64,000 nucleotides of DNA from Ptychomitrium polyphyllum (lineage: Eukaryota). Shown here piece after piece: positions 26,090-39,769 of the stretch. The stretch lies in the NCBI GenBank assembly GCA_973851085.1, contig OZ316776.1:8804001-8868000 (forward strand). The letters are read 5' to 3'. The position numbers and the translations under genes were made by a program. Position 1 is the stretch's first letter; each line of letters begins with the position of its first letter. The notes under the pieces were generated by a model. The model worked only from the letters and a program-made list of their open reading frames with translations. It did not search any database and had not been told where the DNA came from.

Positions 26090-29000
26090 ATCAAGTGTTA
26101 ATCATTGTAGTTTGTATGGCTTAGTACTCTACTTTGTAAATTTATATGCCCATATATAACTTGGGTGATAATATCCAACTCAATCTAGAAATGAAAGAAA
26201 AGAATGAACAAGAAGATGAAACTTTAAAATTTAATTTTTACTTCATTGAAGTACTTGAATGGGAAGATTGTCTATGATTTTTATTATGCATAAATTATAT
26301 GTTTGCTTGTATCATTTGTTGACCAAAATTTAAAATATGTTTAAAAATTATTGAGTTGTTAAAGTGGATTACCAATAAATAAGTGCATGTTTGCAAAAAA
26401 AACATTACTTATTGCTATAGAAATAAGTTGTTGTACTTTTCATCAAATATAATTAATAGTGCTTTTAAGCTATTTATAAAAAGCAAATAAATTTATTTTT
26501 TCTTCTTTCATCTCTTTTATTAAGCTTTCTTTGTAATTTAGACAAATAAAGGTAAATTATCAAAACACAGTACAATTGAAAATCCAACTATTTTAATAGA
26601 AAGATCTCATTTTTTTAATTCAAAATCAAAATTTGGCATATGTACATTCAATTAATTATACTAATAGAAAAATAAGTAGCATATTTATTATAGTACAAGC
26701 AAATTTTTAAAAAAAACTTAACAAAACCATTACACAATATTATAAAATGTAGCTTTTACTTAACAAATTCAATAATATGAGAATTTCAAAACACATATTT
26801 ATCTTTTTAAATACCTTGTATTGCCTTTGATAAGTACAAAGCTATTTACACTTGGCATGTACATTTTTAGTTTGTCACCATTATGCTCATTTTCAAGTTC
26901 AAATAACAATCACAAAGTTTGAAGTGAACATCAATCTTAGTCAAACAAGGTATTCATTAAAAATCTAGATTTGATAAAATTCATATTAAGTCCAAATATG
27001 ATCTTCACAAATTCAACTTGTATCAAAGCAAAGTAATTAAAAGGTCCATCTTACTAAGAGCTACTATTAGTTCATATTTATATGAGTTCATATATTGCTT
27101 ATTAATAGAGTTATAAATTGGATCGTAAGGCTCATAGTTATAATATAAATAGAGCATAACAAATGCTTATTTGATTTGAAATTGCCTCCAAAATAATTCC
27201 ATAAAGGTTTTAATGGCTTATATTTAAGATACAAGAAATAAGAATATATACAAGAAGTGGTTACAAGAATTAGTTTCCAAGGAATTATTAGATAATAAAA
27301 ATTGGTGCAAGATCTAAAAATAAGACAACATGATAAATGTGCTTTACAACTTATATTGGCAAAGACTAGGCTATATTTCATTTTTCTTTCAAATTATATT
27401 ATGAAGCCTATATCTTGTAAGATACTTTTAATAAAGTTTTCTATGAAATTATAGAATGTCCTAATGGTATATGGAACCTTCTTAAGATTTTTTTTGAAGA
27501 AGTGGAAGCTATTGTTAGCCATGCTAGACAACAACTTAACTCTAGTAATTCTTTTAGTTCTTATTTTACATGTGTTTCAATTCTTCTTTTAGCTCTTACG
27601 TTTTTTATAAGAAATTATGGCAAATCATGTATTCAAAATATACCAAAAATGATATATAAAGTGAACCATGTTAAACCATTAAAGACATGAATTTCTTTCA
27701 TAATTTATTATAACTTTTGTATTAAGAACGTGAACAATCAACTTTTGAACTACTATGATTACCTAAAACAATTATAATCTACTAAGTGAACAAACTTACA
27801 CTATATAATGTCAAATCCATTGAAATTTTGTTATCTTTATAATAAACAATAAAAAATCTTATTAATTATTAGTATAAAAATTTAAAGCAATTACTTCTTT
27901 TCATGTTTTGGAACCACATGCATTATGAAGATGTTTTTGAATTTCTACAATATATTAGGAGCATTCTAAAGTGTAACAAATATTCATAATATATTCCAAA
28001 ATTACATTTTAAATTAAAAAAAAAACCTTATATCAAATATAAAGTTTGTTTTAGCATTTACAAGAAACTATAACAAATTTACTTTCAATATATGTTTTAC
28101 CTTCAAAAATTATTTAAAAAAACTCTAATTTAAGTCACATAGTTTGTTACCAAGTAATTAGCAAATTTTTTAAGTACAAGATAAACGTTAAATAGTGACA
28201 TGAACAGTTGTAATTGTTGTTTTAAACAACTGTTTATTGGACATTCTTATCGCATCATGTGTATAAATTTTTAAAAGTTGTAGATTTTATTTAATTAATA
28301 TTATATCATTATTTATTATTCTAATTGAAAATAGTATTTTCCTTGCCAAAAAGAAAAATTAAAAGTTATTCTTAATTTCAAGAGTATATTTACAAATGAT
28401 AAATTTATGTTAAGGCCAAAAGCCAAAAAACAAATTCAATTGTCATGAATTTACTTCCTCTTCATTTTCATTGTTATTCTGTTGACACCATTGAGATTTA
28501 CAAATTAATTAAAAATTTGCTTTGAAGCGCATGTCTAATAGATTGGTCTTCTACAAATGCAAGAGTGAGGCTTTATAAAGGATGGAAGGAAACACATGAA
28601 GGAGGATTTCAAAGTGAGTGTTTGAATGGTTTTAATTCAATATTTCATCAAACAATTATGAATTAAAAAATATAGTAGAACCAGTAAAAGTTTCAATTAA
28701 ATTTTCAATTACTTTGCAAATTTTCTAATAATGTAGTGATGTTTTTCCCACCGAGTTTGACCTGACTTGGTAAACAATGGCAATATTTCTTTGATAGTGC
28801 TATTACAGCAGTATATCATTTCATTTTAGTGTTAACTTTCATAAAGGCCTTTGTTCTCAAATCTTAGCATCTACAGATTCAAAATACAATACAAAACAAA
28901 TTTTAGGTCATTCCCAAGTGCGCCCATTCCCTGCAGTGGTGGTGATTGGGATTTTCTCCCAAACTAAAACATTTCCCCGCTCAGCAGATGTTCTCCGCTT

Positions 29001-29300
29001 CTAAAGAACCGGGAACAGCACAAGGGACGCGGGAACTGCATTTGGGACGGGGGAACGGAAGAAGGAACGCCGTCGTTGTCACCAACTGTGGCCAACTGTG
29101 GCACCGACAGTCAGAGCGGACCGTGGGCACATGCGCTCTGCGTTGCAAGTCCGAGCTCTCATCCGTTTCTAGATCCTTCCGACCGCAAGGTGGAACCTTG
29201 CTAGGATCACTCGTCTCGCAAGCGGCTTGTGCAATAGGGGATGTTTCTAGTTTTCAGTTTGGTGGTGCAAGACTAGATCTTTGGGGGCTGTGAAGAGGAG

Positions 29301-30431
29301 ATGGGTAACCTGAGCGACAGGCGCCTCTGGCTATGCCTGGGGTTGCTGGTGGCGGTGGTGGTGAGAACAGTGGACGTCGCGGTAGCGAAGCCGGGGGTTC
29401 ATATTCCTGATGAACTAGACGATGTGGTGGATAACGAGGAGGACGATGATTGGAAGGAATGGGGGAAGACAAAGGGGGAGGAGCTCCCATTCGACCCTCC
29501 TCCCGAACCGCCCACAGATCCTCAGGAGCTTCAGAACTATCAGCTGGAGATGATGAAGCGGGCAACTGGACCGTCCATGGGGTTTGTAAAGCTTCGTCTC
29601 GGAGTCCAACGAAGTGCGGTATGCGTTTTGGGACCCAATTCCTTTGATCTTGCGAATGTTGCAGAGTCTAGATCTTGGTGGTTTGGTTGAGCGTTGGTAA
29701 CAATATGGCTTGCAATTTGGTTCACAGCCTTATTGAAGTTTAGTACTCTGTTAGTGATCATTTTTTCTGGCAGTCTGCTTTTGGTTAGATTGTTAGAAGT
29801 ACAGTATAGGATTCTAAACCTAAATTTTTCATGTATTTGCGCCTAGAGCAGGACTGGAAATGGCGGCTATGGCGTGCATGTGAATGCAGTCGGTGATAAA
29901 TTAGATTTTTCCGTTTTGCAGGAGGAAGCTACTAAAATCGCAGAGAAGTGGACCAGCTTATTGAAAACGGGTCATATTAATGCAAAGATTTATGCTGTGG
30001 ACCGATCCACGATCATGTTTATTCTTAACTTCGGGCAAGATACCACTGAGGTACGCACGAGCTTGAATTGCTTGGGATACTGTAAGTTAAACTTGGGTTG
30101 CCGCAAATTCTGTACATCAAAGGTGGATTTTGAGTTGTATTCAGATACATGACCTAATTTATGTTGTTTCTTAAGATAGTGTAGGAGCTCGATACAAGAA
30201 GTGATCTTTTTTTGTTGGATGGTGAATGTGATATTATAGGTTAAGGATTTTGTGTTGAGTCAAGACGAAGCATACGAGTTCAAGCTTGGAAATGCTGCAT
30301 TTCGACGACCTGGGGATCCTCCTGTAGAGGAGGTGGTGGAAAAATTGGAAGCAGAAAAGAAAGCTGCGAAGAAACCACATAAGACGGCAGAAGCGAAGTT
30401 GGAAGATGTTTCTGTCAAAGAGGAGCTTTGA
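29301..30431 (+). CDS. MESD/Boca-family ER chaperone (3 exons, ~212 aa)
   Basis: Exons 29301-29618, 29922-30050 and 30240-30431. Signal peptide, acidic DELDDVVDNEEDDDWKEWG, MESD-core-like GFVKLR...IAEKWTSLLKTG...AVDRSTIMF...VKDFVLSQDEAYEFK, and C-terminal ER-retention KEEL. Confidence 0.88.
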
Positions 30432-33400
30432 ATAGGTGTGACCTCATCACACTTGGTGATGGTGCCAAAACGTTTGTAGTGTATCTTACAATCCTGAGGC
30501 ACATTGCCAAGTAAGTAAGTAAAACGTTTTTACAATTGTGTCCACTTTGGTCAGGCTTTCTAGATCATCAAATTGTAGTGAACTTGATTAGTTAATATTG
30601 GACATGAATGATTAAGTCTGCATTGGGAAGTAAGCAAGACGGCGACCTATTTTTTATTCTAGAAGGTTGTGGGTCAGCATACAATGCATCGCTGCAGAAC
30701 AGAACACCTAAATTTGAAGCACCTTTTACTAAAGGTGAAACCAAATTTGACTTAGTCCTAGTTATAACTACTGTTGCTTAGAGGCTTAGACTCACAGTGA
30801 ACAGTGCTTTTAACTTGCTCTGGACTAAGCGTTTGATGGATCACACTATTTTGAACAGTTCTTCGAACTAAAAGGCTTGTGCTACGCACACCAGTAAAAG
30901 GTCAACCTTTTGGCGATGACTAATAATCCCAGAATCACAACGAGAAAATATAATTTCGTTGTGGAATCGATTTAGGGATGTCCACTGTAATGGTGATCGG
31001 TGAAGAAGACGAGTGGGAAGTAGAATGTCATGGTTCTGGGGTGGTAGACACGCAAGTTGCATACTGAGAGAGCTCGTTACCTTTACTCTTCATACTGTAA
31101 GTTAATTACTGTTTTTCACGTACAGCAATTCCGTCCAGTTCATTTGCTGAGATGTTCTTTAGCTTTGTGACGCATTGCTGATGATCTGTTTGTGACATAC
31201 CACAGTGATTTTAAGAGTACGTCCTTGACAGAGGTGAGATAGCTACAACAGCTGATGTGAAAACGTAAATGTAGCGGCGTTGAAATTCTCAGAGGTGGAC
31301 GTCATGAGATATACATAAATAATCATGAGCAACGTTATTGGAACGTAGAGAGGTGGTATTTCATGTCTTTATCACTAAGGGGAGGTTGATGTACTTGTGT
31401 CATGGAGCTCTGAGCTTGACGTGCTGGTCTCAACAGGATGTTTGTGGCGCCTCAAGTGGTGTTGCCATCAACATTTTTTGCTTACGTGGCTGTACACATT
31501 CTGGGAAGATTCACCTGGTCGATGATTAGGATGATTATTGAGCCCCGAGCAGTTTTCAAGATTTTCGGCAGAAAGAGAAAGTTGATCACAATGGCAAGAT
31601 TGTGGAAAGATCTCAGTCACCGTCCTATGTGACTGAGATTGTGTTAGCTTACCTTCTTGTCCATGACTTCTGCTGCTGTTGACTGGATTGCAAAGAATGC
31701 AATCACCTGATAATCTCGATTTGCATCCCTTTGGTCCTAAACGCCTTTGGCAAGCATCCTGTGTTCTCATCACGCCCAAGCTGGTGCACTATGACGTAAC
31801 AAGGAGATGAAATCGGAAAATACTGGACTTGGGGAAAGCGGATCTATACCCTCAGCGATTCTTTCATTAAGGATTAAATGCTTCGCCGGAGGAATTGCAG
31901 GCACTCAGAGTTTTCTAGGTAATCTTTGGCTGCTGACGGAGGCTCATCGACTCGGGATATCTTGATTATACAATAAGTTGGCACCATATTGGATGCAACC
32001 CGCTGAGGAAGGGCTTCCACCGTATTACACAACCCCAATTTCTCATTAGACTATGATATCGTTGTCATATCAGTGGACAAAGGTCACTCAAAGCTGTAGA
32101 ATTATAGCCAAAGAGTCTTATAATAGCACAACGTAAAAAACAGCAGAAGTTTATCTGTATGATCCACAACTAAGCAATGGAGGATCCTTTGCGAAGTATT
32201 TAGATATGGGGTGTTTAGCTTACTCAAGCATCTTTCTTGAGAGGCGTTCTTTATACTTTGTAATTTTGACTTCACAAGTCCATCTTGACTTGAGGACGAT
32301 GAGGACCTGAAGATTTGACAACAGATGGCTAACATGTTACTCACTTGCTGGTATTGTGGACTAGAAATCTCGTCAGGACTCAGGTAGTCCACCTGTTATA
32401 AGAGGGTGAAGGAGGAAGAAATGCCCAAGACCTCAAACTATTCGAGAGAAATTGTCATACTACCCCTTATGGTATTGGATAAGCCAGTTGTGGCACTTTG
32501 ATGTGGGGACTTTAGTCATTTCGTTTTTGGTTGATATGTGTCTGGGATTTGACTTGCTGAGGCATTGTTGGGAAGATCTGCCGTCAAATACAGGAAACAT
32601 GACTGACATCAACCCAAAAGGCGTTTATGGGGCCTCGCAAACTTTTGAAAGAGTTGTTTCCTAGTGTTTGGTTACACATGAATGTATACTGCCCACTGCC
32701 CAGACTGTTTTCTGGAATTCCGTGGGGTTCAGATCGGGGCTGCCCTTGTTAACAAGACATGAGGGCGGGCACCTCTGGTGCAGACGCTCAATTCCTCCGG
32801 TTGTAACTTAGTGGAAGCTGAAGGCTCCATGCGGCTACTGGGATTAGTCTCGCCAGGTACTTCTACCCGGCAGTGAACGTCGAAACAATCAAATGTTATG
32901 GGGCTTGGGTACATCGCCTGATTCCACTGATTTGGTTCTTATTACTCTCTAGACTATCTATGGTAGCATGTCCTACAATTATGGTCAACACTTAACGATT
33001 ATGTATGGAAGATTAAATATGTGTTCCGTTAATGATGATTACAACCACTGATTTCTGTATACAACTACAGTAGATGACTACGAGATCCTCAAATTCACCA
33101 AGCTTCTGATTTTATAGCCTGTCTTCATAATTTGTTTCACTTAACGAAGAAATCACAGGCTGTCTATTTTTCGAAACTAAGAAAATTCCCACCATAACAC
33201 AACTTTTGTATCCGATATCAATACTAAATTTGTTCTTCGGAGAAACTGCAGCAATTGAGAAGGTAAAAGAATTCCGTATAATTTAGTATAGCTTATTATG
33301 ATTATGCACTACATAGTTCCCTGAATGTCCTGGAATAGTAGAATATGGCAACTGTTAATGTATGTGGCATAGTATGTCGTTCACAAGGTTCTGAAATGAC

Positions 33401-33625
33401 CAGAAGGCACTTGTAGAGCCCTATCTACAAATTTGTATAAGACGGCCAGGAAAAAAGGCTAGTCAGTGCATAATCAGAAGTTCTGCACCTCATACTAAAG
33501 CAAAACTTCTGCATCTTTGCATTCAAGTCACCTGACACTTCCATCTCTTCGGTAAGTTCTTCCTTCACAATGCTCTAGATGGAAGCACATGTCCTAAAGC
33601 ATGAATGGTCTCTGTCCGAGTGCCT

Positions 33626-36600
33626 TCAAAGCGTTGTGCGCATGCGCTTTGTGTCCGTGTTAGGCACGTTTGCATCTCCTGACGAATCATCACTCGGGTC
33701 AGGTACTTGAAGCTCCCCTTCTTCAAACTGAACACCATCAAGCCCGTATGTATCAGAAACTGTGCAGGGATGCTATTCTATTAAATGCAGGCATGGCTTT
33801 TAAACTGTAAATAATTAGTAAATTGGACTCTAATATACTTACATTTGCAGTTTGTTGAAGTCTTCTGGCAAGTGGTCCCAAAGTCTCATCTGGCACTACA
33901 GCATATCTCTCAGCAGGTGATATCCAATTTGAAGCTGGTGAATCCCCAGACCGTGCAAGAAACAAATTAGCTGAAATAAGTGTACCGAAAATAAATGTTT
34001 TCTGCGAGAATGCTATCTGAAAGAGAATTGCTTTGTCGGGTTAGAAGTTCCATACTTGTACTTGTACTTGAAGATCCGGAACTCTCAATTTGCTCACATG
34101 CAAAGCCATCGGTACTCAATATCTCTATTCTCTTGGGAGTAGACCTACAAATAAACACACATCCACGACTTTTTACATCCATGCCATGTAAAGTACATTC
34201 ATATGCTGCAAGGCTCTTATGATAGAAGCCAATTCTGTTTCACATCTACATTCTAGTCTGCAAAAAGATATGTACCTATCAATGGCATCACCATAACCGA
34301 GCTGGCCACTTGTACCGCGGCCCCAGCTGTAGACGTTGCCTCTGTCAGTCATGGCCACTGTATGCCTCCACCCACATTGCACAAGAGTCACATTCTGCAA
34401 TAACAAAATCCACCACTTTTAGTACAATCATCAGTCTATTGAAGCACCACCTACATTGGACTGCTGATCAGCTTGGTTTCACGACAAAATATTTAAAAAT
34501 TATTAAGGCTTGATACCTGTTCAACAAGGGCCTTCACAAGTTGCGGTGAGTTCTGGTCCTGGATATTTCCACATCCCACTTGGCCAAACTGGTGACCAAA
34601 ACAGAGAGAAAACATGTCAGCACCATACACATTTTCAAGATTCAGCAGTGAGAAAACGAACTTCAAACTCTCAAGGCAGAAAATTTATTGGCTTTTTCTC
34701 TTCTGCTTACACTTGCAATAAAGCATGTGAAAATATGAGCAAGAAACTCTACGACTCACCTTGTTCCAACCCCAACCGTACAGCCGCCCATCAGTGTCCA
34801 ATGCAAAAGTGTGGCGCCATCCTCCTGTTATCTGAAAACCTCACCCTACAGATACTCAGATGAATGAATCATGAAGAACATAGGTGAGGGAAAGGATCTC
34901 ATAGAGTGCTTGAGAAAAAATAAATTGATCGACAAGTAGGCATCCAAACATACAGCTTGAATTTTCTTGTCCTTCAAAAATTGGACTTGATGCGGCACAA
35001 GATGGTCGGCAAAGTCACCGTGACCCAATTGTCCATACTTGCTCCATCCGAAAGAGTAGATGTTTCCTGACTCGGCAACAGCAATTGTGTGGCGCCATCC
35101 GCATGCCACTGTTTTCATTAGCTCCCCCTGTTTGAACAAAAAAGAAATGGAACTAATCAGTTGAGGAAGACACAAAGGGTGTGACCATCTGGGAACTGTA
35201 CATACACCCCACCATCTAATACATGAGATGAGATATTAAAGGCGAAGAGGCAGTGATTGGGTAAATTGGTTGTGCATACTGCGATGGCTGACACTTCCGC
35301 AGGGACCAAGCGATCCTCCCGGTCACCGAGTCCAAGGTTTCCATATCGCCCCCACCCCCAACCATACAACTTTCCGTTCTCAGTCACTGCTGTTGTATGC
35401 TCTGCCCCAGCAGCCAACATCTTCACTGCCACACCCTGCATTTCCATGATGGGGTTAAAATGGGATAGAATTTACAACTCAAACGTAATTGAATGGCTAA
35501 CCCAACTATTGTAATTCAAAGCTAAAACCGGAGTGTACGATGTAACCCACCCCAAAGGCAGTTACTTTGTGAGGGACCAGTACATCCTCTGTATGGCCAA
35601 GACCAAGTTGGCCGTTTTGGTTTCGACCCCAGCTGTAAACAATAAAGTCAGATATGTAATTAATCAAAAACTCAATAAGCTCTTTGGTAGAAAATACAGA
35701 TCAGGTTATGACATTCAATGAAACTGGGTGACTTTATCACTGAGTCTGAAATAGATCAAATAGTATCATTAACTTAGTAGGTGTATTAAGCGTAAGATAT
35801 CACCCGTGAACTTCACCATCTGCTGTTATTGCGAGACAGTGACTATCGCCACAAGCAATTTGCTTGATCTCAAGGCCCTTGAGGGCCTTGATAGGGTGGG
35901 GTATAAACAAATCGCTTGAGTTGCCATGTCCTAGCCTGCCGAAGTCTCCCCTGTCAAGTAAAAATTCCACATTAGGCATTAACCACATGGATGTGAATAA
36001 CAGGAAGACATGAGTGGCTAAAACTTGTGATGAAGCTGGTTTTAACATTATAATCATATTAATTCTCAGGTGGTAGAATCCTTCATAACATGGGTCGTTG
36101 TTTAATGAGGAATTGTCACTTACCAGCCCCAGCTGTAGACAGTTTTGGTTGAATCAGAGCGAGCAGTAGTATGATCTGCTCCGCAAGTGATAGATGAGAT
36201 TTCACAGTCATCCAGAGCGCTGATGATAGTAGGCAAGTGGCGTTCTTCAGCATCGCCATGTCCAAGTTGGCCATCTTCACTGCGGCCCCATGAGCACACC
36301 ACGCCATCCGCTGCACGTGAAGCCCCCCAAAAAGATAAACAAGGTCAAAACCTTCGTATTGTTATACTAGAGCAGCAACATCAGGAACTACAAGTTGTAG
36401 GACTATTTAGAAAGATTTAGGAACCGCAGTGACATTGCCTTGCCACAATCTAACGACGCTGCAGAAGCTGAATTGTCCGGTGAAGGGAATTTTTATTCTT
36501 AAGGACTGCCAATTGGCGCAGCTTTAAAACTTTGACGAAGTCACTAGAAGGTGTCTTCATACTCACAATCAGACTTAGAATATCACATGAGTTTATCGAA

Positions 36601-37276
36601 TGACATCTGGCACAAAGGTAGACTCTGCATCTGATTGCCAGACAACTAGGTCCAAAATCTTTCAATCGCTTTCCAGGGGTGGCTAGAAGACTAAGAACTC
36701 AACGAAAAAACAGAATGTGAGATCTTTGAAGAAAGGGGAATTCGCTACAAACTCCCAACAAAATTGAGGATTCTCCCCTTGCCTGTCAGATGTAGGGAGG
36801 AACAGCTTTTGCTCATCCAAACAACAAAACGAGTGAAAAAGAAATAAAGAAAAGATACCACTTAAGCTTTAAGTTGGAAGCCAAGAATTTTTCTGAATGA
36901 ATTTAACTGCAAATCATCTTCTGCTGACAAGAGTTTTAGAAACAAAAACTCATCACAATTCCAGCTCGTAGGAATGCACATAACAAGACTAAAACAGGAT
37001 CTAACGCTGTATACTGACACAGTAAGTAGGCTGTCACCAACATGAAGTGATAGTCACCAACATCACATGCAATATTTTTTAATTTCTGCGTCTCTAGGTA
37101 ATGACTATTAAAAATGTTGCACACACCCAGAAATCAAGGAGTAACTAAATGAATGCATAGAAAGGGTCAATTGATGGTTTCTCACAAAGTAGGGCTACTG
37201 TATGACTGGCGCCAGCAGACAACGCAACAACACGCCTCCGAACGCCCCCGCTTGTCGACGCCTTGATATCCCCCAT
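33626..37276 (-). CDS. UVR8: UV-B photoreceptor UVR8, ~12 exons
   Basis: RCC1 repeats starting VALSAGASHTVALL. All three GWRHT motifs are present (VACGWRHT, ITGGWRHT, VQCGWRHT), plus YSWGWGDFGRLGHG, YGWGWGRYGNLG, C27-like WISPAERYAVVPDE and C-terminal NVPNTDTKRMR. GT-AG introns are in frame. Confidence 0.97.
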
Positions 37277-37444
37277 CCCTCTCCTCCTAGCTCACCCTTT
37301 CAAGATCTAAACTTCCACATAACACCCTAACCTTCCCACAACCTAGCTCAAAATCAAATCCCGAAAAGCCAGCGCCTAAAACAAACTCCCACCCTGCCGA
37401 TCTTAAACGATCTCCCGGTAGAACACAAACAGCCTCACACCCTC

Positions 37445-37491
37445 AAACAAACAAACAAACAAACAAACACACACACACACACACACAAACA
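37445..37491. repeat. Compound microsatellite (AAAC)n(AC)n in the UVR8 5' region
   Basis: aaacaaacaaacaaacaaacaaac followed by acacacac... Confidence 0.9.
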
Positions 37492-39721
37492 AAAAAGCCT
37501 GCACAAACATTAACAATAAAAAAAATTAAAATCAGTTCCTTTCAGAAACTAGAAAAAAACCAAGTCCTCCAAATGTAGTCAAAATCCAGACTGAGCTCTC
37601 TTCACAACACACAGCACTGCAAACTCTACCACATCAACAACACCAACAGTCCAGACTACCACCAGAAGAATCCCACCTCACAGCACAAAACAGAATCAGA
37701 CAGCACTGCACTGGCTCATCAGAGAACAACGCAAATCAACTCAATCACCACCCGGCAGCTTGCAACTGGCACCAAGGCATGTCTTCCCTTGTCGTGTGCG
37801 ATCAGATCACCCCCAAAGCCAGTTCATCATTGAGTGCGTCCTAGTGCCATTTATTCCGGAACCGCAAGGCCTACGAGCCCAAGCCAAGCCCAGTGCTCCC
37901 GGAGGTTGGCAATTGAGAACGGTGCCAGTGCAAAAGTGGCAGCTTGGGGAAGATCCAGAGACGCAGGCCCTACGAGATCGCCGAGCTCCCAAGGTGTGGC
38001 CTTTCCTGCCTGGATCCCCTCTCCTCGCCCACGCCCACTTTTGTCTGCCTGCCTAACCCAACCCACCTCCGGTTAAAAGGAGCCCCCTTCGGATCTCGGG
38101 CCGGGTCCTCGCCCACCCGCCGGGCCCCCGTGCTCGCCCCCGGCGCGGCTCGTCCCGGCGCGCTCGGCCGTGCCTGTACCCACCACTGTAGAGTACTGTA
38201 CCTGACACTGGGCCCGGCATGGCGCATTTATATGCAGGCCCGCCTGTTGCTTTCGGTCCGAATCTGGGGCCCATGGGCTGGGGTCAGGCCCCAGGCCCCA
38301 GACCCCAGACCCCAGGTCCCAAGGCTTGGGCCCCCGTGCCCTTGCCTAGGGGCACATTCTGAACAGATTCTGAAGAGGTGAGGCATTTGGCTTTGATAGG
38401 GGGAGAACATTTGTGAGGAGAGTGTGATGGGGGAGTGTTTGCTTTTTTGTGTTTATTTCATTTTCTCTATTGGAAAGAGTGGTGGTGGTGAGGGCTAGTG
38501 AATCTAAGAGTTGCTATGTATTGGATGCAAACATCATTTATTACATGGAAGGTTGTTTGTTGATTGTTGTTTGTACTATAATTGGACATTGTTGTGTATT
38601 TTTGATAGAAACATTTATGACATGGCGTTGTTAGAGTTTGTTGGTTGCCTCAATTGTTTTTATAGTTTAAGCATGATTTGAAAGCAAAAATTGATTGTTT
38701 TGTACAATTCAAGAAATTTGTACACTTTACAATGTGGGCATGAATATAATGTAGTAGATTGCAACGTTCTAACTAGTGAATGATGATTGTTACAAATGTA
38801 GAATCTTTTCAAGTATTTAGTGTTTCGTTGCTATTTTACAAATGTGCAAAATTTCTCATAATTCTTCCATAAATAAATTATATACATCAAATGTACATGT
38901 GTTTGATGTTTGATAAACATTTTAGTAACAAGATTGGATTATGTTTTTAAACAATTAATATAATGCAAACATGTATGCTTATATTTTTAAAACATACTCA
39001 TTATCAATAAGGTTTAATATTCTAATGAAAGAAAAGCCACCTTTGCCATAAATGCTTACAAAATGTCATGGTCAATAACACATGGTTCCTGTTATTATAG
39101 ATGAGCATGTTTTTGAATATTCATACCATTTTTATTTCAAAAACTATAAACTATAATTATTTGGTATGTGGCTCATAATTGATATTATAGTACATATTCA
39201 CTTCACTCCAATACAAAAAATGTAGAAGAAATCAACAAGATTACAATACAAGTTTTATATGCAATACTAAATGAAAAGAGCAAGAGAATTTGTCAAAATG
39301 TTCTTTTTTATCATTAGATTTCACTAAAAGTGTCTAGCATAATCATTATAATATTGAATAAGTATGGGCATTTTAATTAGATACCCATCTACAACTGCTT
39401 AAGTCCATAATGGGTGCCAATCTAGTTTGCAAATTATGATCACATGTCTAATCAACCACATAAAGCTTCTAATCCAAATTCATTAAATAGAAGCCCCCAG
39501 TCTACTTAATGATCCAACATTCTAATTGTCATTCTAACACTTTTGAATCCCTCACAAAACCATAGTTCTTTTTATATCATATATTAGGGAGTTGTTGTTT
39601 TTTTGTGAGGACAGAAAAATGAGAAAACTTGCAAGATTGTTAAAAGAATGAAATCGAAGGTCCTGCTAGGCTGGTATTGCAAAAGTGCTAAACGATTGTG
39701 GTGAAAGTCATTCCCCGGGGG

Positions 39722-39769
39722 TAGTTTCTTTGGGAACTCTCCTACTGTAGGAAAGTTCCAAACAAACTA
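39722..39769. repeat. Short imperfect palindrome (foldback)
   Basis: TAGTTTCTTTGGGAACTCTCCTAC-T-GTAGGAAAGTTCCAAACAAACTA. The arms pair with two mismatches and one 1-nt gap. Confidence 0.75.

Noticed and set aside
31172..31260. TGATGA...CTGA spacing resembling a C/D-box snoRNA
   Set aside because: Weak terminal stem and no rRNA-complementary guide that I can recognise. A snoscan/Infernal search would be needed.
37760..38410. Several overlapping 60-145 aa ORFs upstream of UVR8
   Set aside because: GC-rich promoter DNA with few stop codons, and no protein-like features.
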